Shown piece after piece: positions 8,641 through 12,890 of a stretch of DNA of 12,890 nucleotides. The DNA is taken from NCBI GenBank assembly GCA_030141605.1, contig JAQGDQ010002518.1:1-12890 (forward strand). Reading direction: 5' to 3'. The notes below the pieces were generated by a model. The model saw only the letters and a list, made by a program, of their open reading frames with translations. It was not told the DNA's origin and did no database searches. Source of the DNA: Tubiluchus corallicola (Eukaryota > Animalia > Priapulida). A program made the translations under genes and the position numbers. The stretch's first letter is position 1. Each line of letters starts with the position of its first letter.

Positions 8641-10671
8641 CTATGTGAGCTTTTCCTTCAATATACGCTTATACTCAAACAGTTCGTCTCTTAACCTTGC
8701 GGCTTCTAAGAAGTCTAATTTTTTGGAAGCATTTTCCATTGCCTTTTGAGTTTGTGTAATCGCATTTTCTACCTGTTGCTTGTTCATGTATTTTACCACA
8801 GGGTCAGCGGCAATACTTGTGTTTTCTTGCTCGACATAGTACTTTACAGGCTTGTTTGCTTTGTTGTCAGCCACGGTGGTTTGCTCTAATATAGCATCAG
8901 TAGATTTTTTGATGGTTTGAGGGGTTATGTTATGTTTTTTGTTATAATCCATTTGAAGTTTTCTTCTTCTATTGGTTTCATCTATAGCGGCGTGCATAGA
9001 TTTAGTAATTTGGTCAGCATACATAATCACCTTCCCGTTTTCATTTCTTGCAGCCCTACCTATTGTTTGGATTAATGAACGTTGATTTCTTAAAAATCCC
9101 TCTTTATCAGCATCTAATATTACCACTAATGACACCTCTGGTAAGTCTAATCCTTCTCGCAATAAGTTTACCCCCACCAACACATCAAATACTCCTATTC
9201 GTAATTCTCTTAAAATTTCTACTCTATCTAATGCCTTAATTTCAGAATGTATATAGCGGCATTTTACATCCATATCAAGTAGGTATTTTGATAACTCTTC
9301 CGCCATTCTTTTTGTGAGTGTAGTTATCAATATTTTTTCTTTATTTTCAACCCTTTCACTCACCTCGTCTATTAAGTCATCTATTTGGTTTAGAATAGGA
9401 CGAACTTCAATAACAGGGTCTAAAAGTCCTGTTGGACGAATAATTTGTTCTATAATTATTCCATCTGATCTTTCTATTTCATAGTCGCTAGGAGTAGCAC
9501 TTACATAAATTATTTGGTTTACTATTTTTTCAAATTCATTAAATGTAAGAGGGCGGTTGTCTATTGCAGCAGGAAGGCGAAATCCATAATTTACAAGGTT
9601 ACTTTTTCTCGCTCTATCGCCTTTCCACATAGCGCGTATTTGTGGAAGCGTAACATGGCTTTCGTCTATTACCATTAAAAAATCTTTGGGGAAATAGTCT
9701 AATAAGCAAAAGGGGCGAGTTCCGGGAAGCCTTTTGTCGAAGTACCGCGAATAGTTTTCCATACCAGGGCAGAATCCCAATTCCCGCATCATTTCCAAGT
9801 CATATTCTACTCTTTCTTTAATTCTTTTAGCTTCTAAATGCATTCCTTCTTTTTTAAAAAAAGCAATTTGATGTACTAAATCTTCTTGGATATCATGAAT
9901 AGCTGTTTGCAATATGTTTTGCCCTATTACAAATAGGTTAGCAGGAAATATTCTAACGCTCTCTTCGTTATTTATTTTTTTACCACTTATAGGGTCTATT
10001 TTTTGAATAGCTTCTACTTCATCATCCCAAAAAATTATTCTGTATGCAAAATCAGCATATGCAAGATATACATCTATTGTATCTCCTTTTACTCTAAAAT
10101 TTCCTCTTGAAAATTCAGTTGTTGTGCGCGTGTATAATGCACTAACTAATTTGTGCAAAAATTGATTTCTAGATATCTTATCATTTTTATTTATCTCTAT
10201 GGAATTTTTATGGAATTCGTCAGGATTTCCATTCCCATAAATACATGAAACAGAAGCAATGACAATTACATCTCTTCTTCCTGTTATAAGTGCAGAAGAG
10301 GCACTTAGTCGTAGTTTTTCTATCTCATCATTAATAGCAAAGTCTTTTTCAATGTATAGGTCTGTGCTTGGAACGTAGGCTTCAGGTTGATAGTAGTCGT
10401 AATAAGATATAAAATACTCTACGGCATTGTTAGGGAAAAAACGTTTAAACTCACCATAAAGCTGTGCAGCTAAAGTTTTGTTGTGACTTAGGATTAGTGT
10501 AGGTTTATTTACTCTTGCTATGACATTAGCCATAGTAAAGGTTTTTCCCGAGCCTGTAACTCCTAATAGTGTTTGTGATTTTGTGCCACTTATTGTTTCG
10601 TCTACTAATTGTTGTATGGCTTGGGGTTGGTCTCCTGTGGGTTGATATTCGCTTATTAACTCAAATTCCAT
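8641..10671 (-). CDS. uvrB: Excinuclease ABC subunit B
   Basis: PTGDQP, LGVTGSGKT (Walker A), HNKTLAAQL, SYYDYYQPEAY, DESH, VSATP, IRPTGLLDP, NLLREGLDLPEV, QTIGRAARN and a C-terminal UVR motif (LDFLEAARLRD). Confidence 0.99.
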   Translation of the reverse strand: MEFELISEYQPTGDQPQAIQQLVDETISGTKSQTLLGVTGSGKTFTMANVIARVNKPTLILSHNKTLAAQLYGEFKRFFPNNAVEYFISYYDYYQPEAYVPSTDLYIEKDFAINDEIEKLRLSASSALITGRRDVIVIASVSCIYGNGNPDEFHKNSIEINKNDKISRNQFLHKLVSALYTRTTTEFSRGNFRVKGDTIDVYLAYADFAYRIIFWDDEVEAIQKIDPISGKKINNEESVRIFPANLFVIGQNILQTAIHDIQEDLVHQIAFFKKEGMHLEAKRIKERVEYDLEMMRELGFCPGMENYSRYFDKRLPGTRPFCLLDYFPKDFLMVIDESHVTLPQIRAMWKGDRARKSNLVNYGFRLPAAIDNRPLTFNEFEKIVNQIIYVSATPSDYEIERSDGIIIEQIIRPTGLLDPVIEVRPILNQIDDLIDEVSERVENKEKILITTLTKRMAEELSKYLLDMDVKCRYIHSEIKALDRVEILRELRIGVFDVLVGVNLLREGLDLPEVSLVVILDADKEGFLRNQRSLIQTIGRAARNENGKVIMYADQITKSMHAAIDETNRRRKLQMDYNKKHNITPQTIKKSTDAILEQTTVADNKANKPVKYYVEQENTSIAADPVVKYMNKQQVENAITQTQKAMENASKKLDFLEAARLRDELFEYKRILKEKLT

Positions 10672-10692
10672 ACTTATTTTTTAAATGAATTA

Positions 10693-10724
10693 CAAAATTA
10701 CTAATAAATTAGCAGTTGAGCAAG
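10693..10724 (-). promoter_or_regulatory. Bacteroidota -33/-7 promoter for uvrB
   Basis: On the minus strand CTTG (10724-10721), 20 nt spacer, TAATTTTG (10700-10693), 21 nt before the ATG. Confidence 0.55.
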
Positions 10725-10783
10725 TTAGCGATAATGCTTTTATGTAGAGAATTAAGCAATATTTTTGATATATTCTTCTATTG

Positions 10784-10924
10784 TTATCTCTTGCTGAGAT
10801 CTTTTCCTATTTTTTGAGCTGCCCATGTGCCTATAAGTGAGGTTGGATTGATAGAGGCCTTTTTTTACAAAAAAATGAAGAATATGAGAAATATTGATAA
10901 GATAAAAATCAAGCGTTTCTTTTT
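10784..10924 (-). pseudogene. Possible remnant of a lipoprotein gene (lipocalin-like N-terminus)
   Basis: Manual translation KKKRLIFILSIFLIFFIFL*KKASINPTSLIGTWAAQKIGKDLSKR*. The stop lies in a T7-GT-A7 tract that reads TGT-AAA-AAA (CKK) one base over. Basic start, hydrophobic core, CKK and LIGTW resemble Bacteroidota lipocalin-like lipoproteins. No start codon seen. Confidence 0.3.
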
Positions 10925-10992
10925 GCTTTGAAAACGACAGGTTAATATTGAGAATTTAAAGATTACATATTATTTTTATTTCACTATAGGTT

Positions 10993-12250
10993 TCAAAAAT
11001 TCAATTTAATCTCATGCCATAATAGCGATAGAGCAATGTTTGTTGCAGTATGTATATTTTGCAACCTTTGACCATTTAAATGATTTTTTTTTGCAGAGGT
11101 TTTCTTTGTTGTTGATATTGCTACCCATACTGTTCCCACGGGTTTTTCCTTATTTCCTCCTGTAGGACCTGCAATGCCGCTTGTGGCAATACCAATGTCT
11201 GCATTAAATTTTTTTCTTACCCCCATTGCCATTTCTTTAACTACTTGTTCGCTTACTGCTCCGTATTTCTCTATGGCTGTTTTGCTTACTTCCAACATGC
11301 CTACTTTCACACTATTATCATATGCAACTACCCCTCCCATAAAGTACTTTGAACATCCAGCTGTTTTTGTGATTTCATGAGCCAATTGCCCACCCGTACA
11401 ACTTTCGGCAACGGCTATTTTTTTGTTAGATTGAGTTAATAGCGCTCCTATTTTTTCTGCCAAAGTTACATCTTCAAAAGCATATATGTGTTTTCCAATA
11501 ATTTGATTTAGTGTTTTTATTTGTGTAGATAGTTGCTTTTGAGCTTCTTTGGCGTGATGCCCTACGATTGTCATCCGTAACTTGACCTCTTGTATATTGG
11601 AAGGTAAGAAGGCTAATTTAATGTGGCTTGGAAGTGCTTGTTCAAATTCATTTAACCGTTCAAATAATTCAGCTTCAGATATTTGAATGGTTTTTATAAT
11701 TTGATGATAGACGGGTGCATTTTTTATTTGTTTTTCTAATTTTGGCAGTACGTACTTGCCCATCATGAATTTCATTTCTAATGGCACGCCTGGCATAAAC
11801 ACAAAAATTTTGCCTTCTTTATTAAACCACATTCCAGGAGCAGTTCCTTTTTCATTAACAATGGCTAAGCAGTTTTTGGGCAATAGTGCTTGTTTTTTAT
11901 TAGCACGATTAAGGACCTGCTTGTTACTATCTAAATAATTGGCAATGTTTTGTAATGCACTTGGGTTGTGTTCCAGTGAGGTATTAAAAAAATCGCATGC
12001 ACATAGTTTTGTTATGTCATCATTTGTGGGACCTAACCCGCCAGTGATTAGAATTATATCGCTTTTTTTTTCTAAACTGCCAAGTGCGCCTAATATGTTG
12101 TTTTTTGTATCTCCTACTGTAATTTTTTACAAGTTTAATGCTTATAGAATCAAGTTTTTTACTGATCCAATGAGCATTTGTGTCCAATGTTTGTCCATAC
12201 AGCAGTTCATCTCCAATGGTAAGTATGGATGCAATTGGTTTTATTGCCAT
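10993..12250 (-). CDS. cinA: CinA family protein (N-terminal MoCF-like domain plus PncC NMN deamidase), frameshifted as assembled
   Basis: ATG 12250: MAIKPIASILTIGDELLYGQTLDTNAHWI; frame break in the 6-nt run 12123-12128; then ITVGD..ITGGLGPTNDDIT..GTAPGMW..MPGVPLEM..AVAESCTGG..GAVSEQVVKEMA..SGIAGPTGG..KPVGTVW, open to the stop at 10993. Joins track ORFs 12020..12298 and 10993..11883. Confidence 0.92.
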
Positions 12251-12417
12251 AAATTCATCGTTTTCTGAGTGGTATGTTATTTCTCTTGTAACTATCATGT
12301 TTGGAATTTTATTTCTAAATACACTTTTTCCACAGTTTCCATTTTTGTCATATTCATGATAGCTATTAGATACTTTATCGCCTGTTGTATTTTTAGTGAC
12401 TATTTGTTCAATTATAT
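12163..12417. repeat. Left arm of an inverted duplication (255 bp; partner 12629-12890)
   Basis: Reverse complement aligns base for base with 12629-12890 apart from four deletions (3+2+1+1 = 7 nt); I saw no substitutions. The left limit is set by the window cutting the right arm. Confidence 0.95.
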
Positions 12418-12798
12418 GATGATAAAAAGCAGCTAATTAGCACTGTAAAAAGGGTATTTAATCAAAAAGGGGAAAAAAATTACGAGCTATCATTCAATGC
12501 TGATGGAATGCTAATAAGAAAACAAGCCTTTGAATATAATGACGTTGGACAAGTAATAAAAATAAATGAACTCAACAAAGATGATGTCGTAGAGTTTATA
12601 ACCACTCAAAAATATGATCAACAAGGGAATATAATTGAACAAATAGTCACTAAAAATACAACAGGCGATAAAGTATCTAATAGCTATCAATATGAATATG
12701 ACAAAAATGGAAACTGGGTGGAAAAAGTAGTATTTAGAAATAAAATTCCAAACATGATAGTTACAAGAGAAATAACATACCACTCAGAAAAACGATGA
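12415..12798 (+). CDS. C-terminal part of a YD-repeat-like (Rhs-repeat-like) protein, 5'-truncated at the inversion junction
   Basis: The frame of track ORF 12508..12798 stays open upstream to the junction: YDDKKQL..FNQKGEK..FNADGML..YNDVGQV..YDQQGNI..YEYDKNGNWVEK..TREITY, a periodic [YF][DN]xxG pattern. No natural start; in-frame TGA just inside the left arm. Confidence 0.7.
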   Translation, partial: YDDKKQLISTVKRVFNQKGEKNYELSFNADGMLIRKQAFEYNDVGQVIKINELNKDDVVEFITTQKYDQQGNIIEQIVTKNTTGDKVSNSYQYEYDKNGNWVEKVVFRNKIPNMIVTREITYHSEKR

Positions 12799-12890
12799 AT
12801 TTATGGCAATAAAACCAATTGCATCCATACTTACCATTGGAGATGAACTGCTGTATGGACAAACATTGGACACAAATGCTCATTGGATCA
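12629..12890. repeat. Right arm of an inverted duplication (at least 262 bp, cut by the window end)
   Basis: Reverse-complement match to 12163-12417; this copy keeps the YD-repeat reading frame intact. Confidence 0.95.
12803..12890 (+). CDS. cinA: Second, inverted copy of the cinA 5' end (partial, runs off the window)
   Basis: ATG GCA ATA AAA CCA... = MAIKPIASILTIGDELLYGQTLDTNAHWI, identical to the reverse complement of 12163-12250. Confidence 0.85.
   Translation, partial: MAIKPIASILTIGDELLYGQTLDTNAHWI

Noticed and set aside
7897-12268. Track ORFs 7897..8199, 9048..9239, 11174..11380, 11756..11938, 11939..12268
   Set aside because: Antisense to the PAP2 gene, uvrB or cinA, with no independent coding evidence.
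12020-12298. ORF fusing MIVTREITYHSENDEF to the CinA N-terminus
   Set aside because: Produced by the 1-nt deletion in the left arm; in the right arm the YD gene stops at 12798 and cinA starts separately.
12511-12783. Minus-strand 90 aa ORF
   Set aside because: Phe/Ile/Tyr-rich antisense shadow of the A-rich YD-repeat gene.
12163-12890. Inverted repeats as IS/MITE ends or an invertible promoter switch around the 211-bp spacer
   Set aside because: The arms are ordinary coding sequence, far longer than typical recombinase sites, and the spacer is in frame with the right arm; no recombinase, transposase or target duplication is visible.

Overview
AT-rich Bacteroidota (probably Cytophagales/Flavobacteriales-like) chromosomal window, judged from a SusD-family gene and TTTG-N20-TAnnTTTG promoters. 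It is mostly housekeeping: pgk, a carboxy(nor)spermidine dehydrogenase-nspC-PAP2 phosphatase operon, uvrB and cinA, plus an orphan N-terminally truncated SusD-like gene, a secreted hypothetical and a cytochrome b561. The strongest non-gene signal is at the right end. Bases 12163-12417 and 12629-12890 form an inverted duplication (211 bp spacer) that copies the cinA 5' end and cuts a YD-repeat gene. The left arm differs only by small deletions, and cinA has a homopolymer frameshift next to it, so a fold-back/MDA chimera or misassembly is more likely than biology. Several intergenic stretches look like eroded genes (Crp/Fnr-like, lipoprotein, secreted protein), hinting at genome decay. I found no convincing novel biological system, CRISPR array, RNA gene or mobile element.
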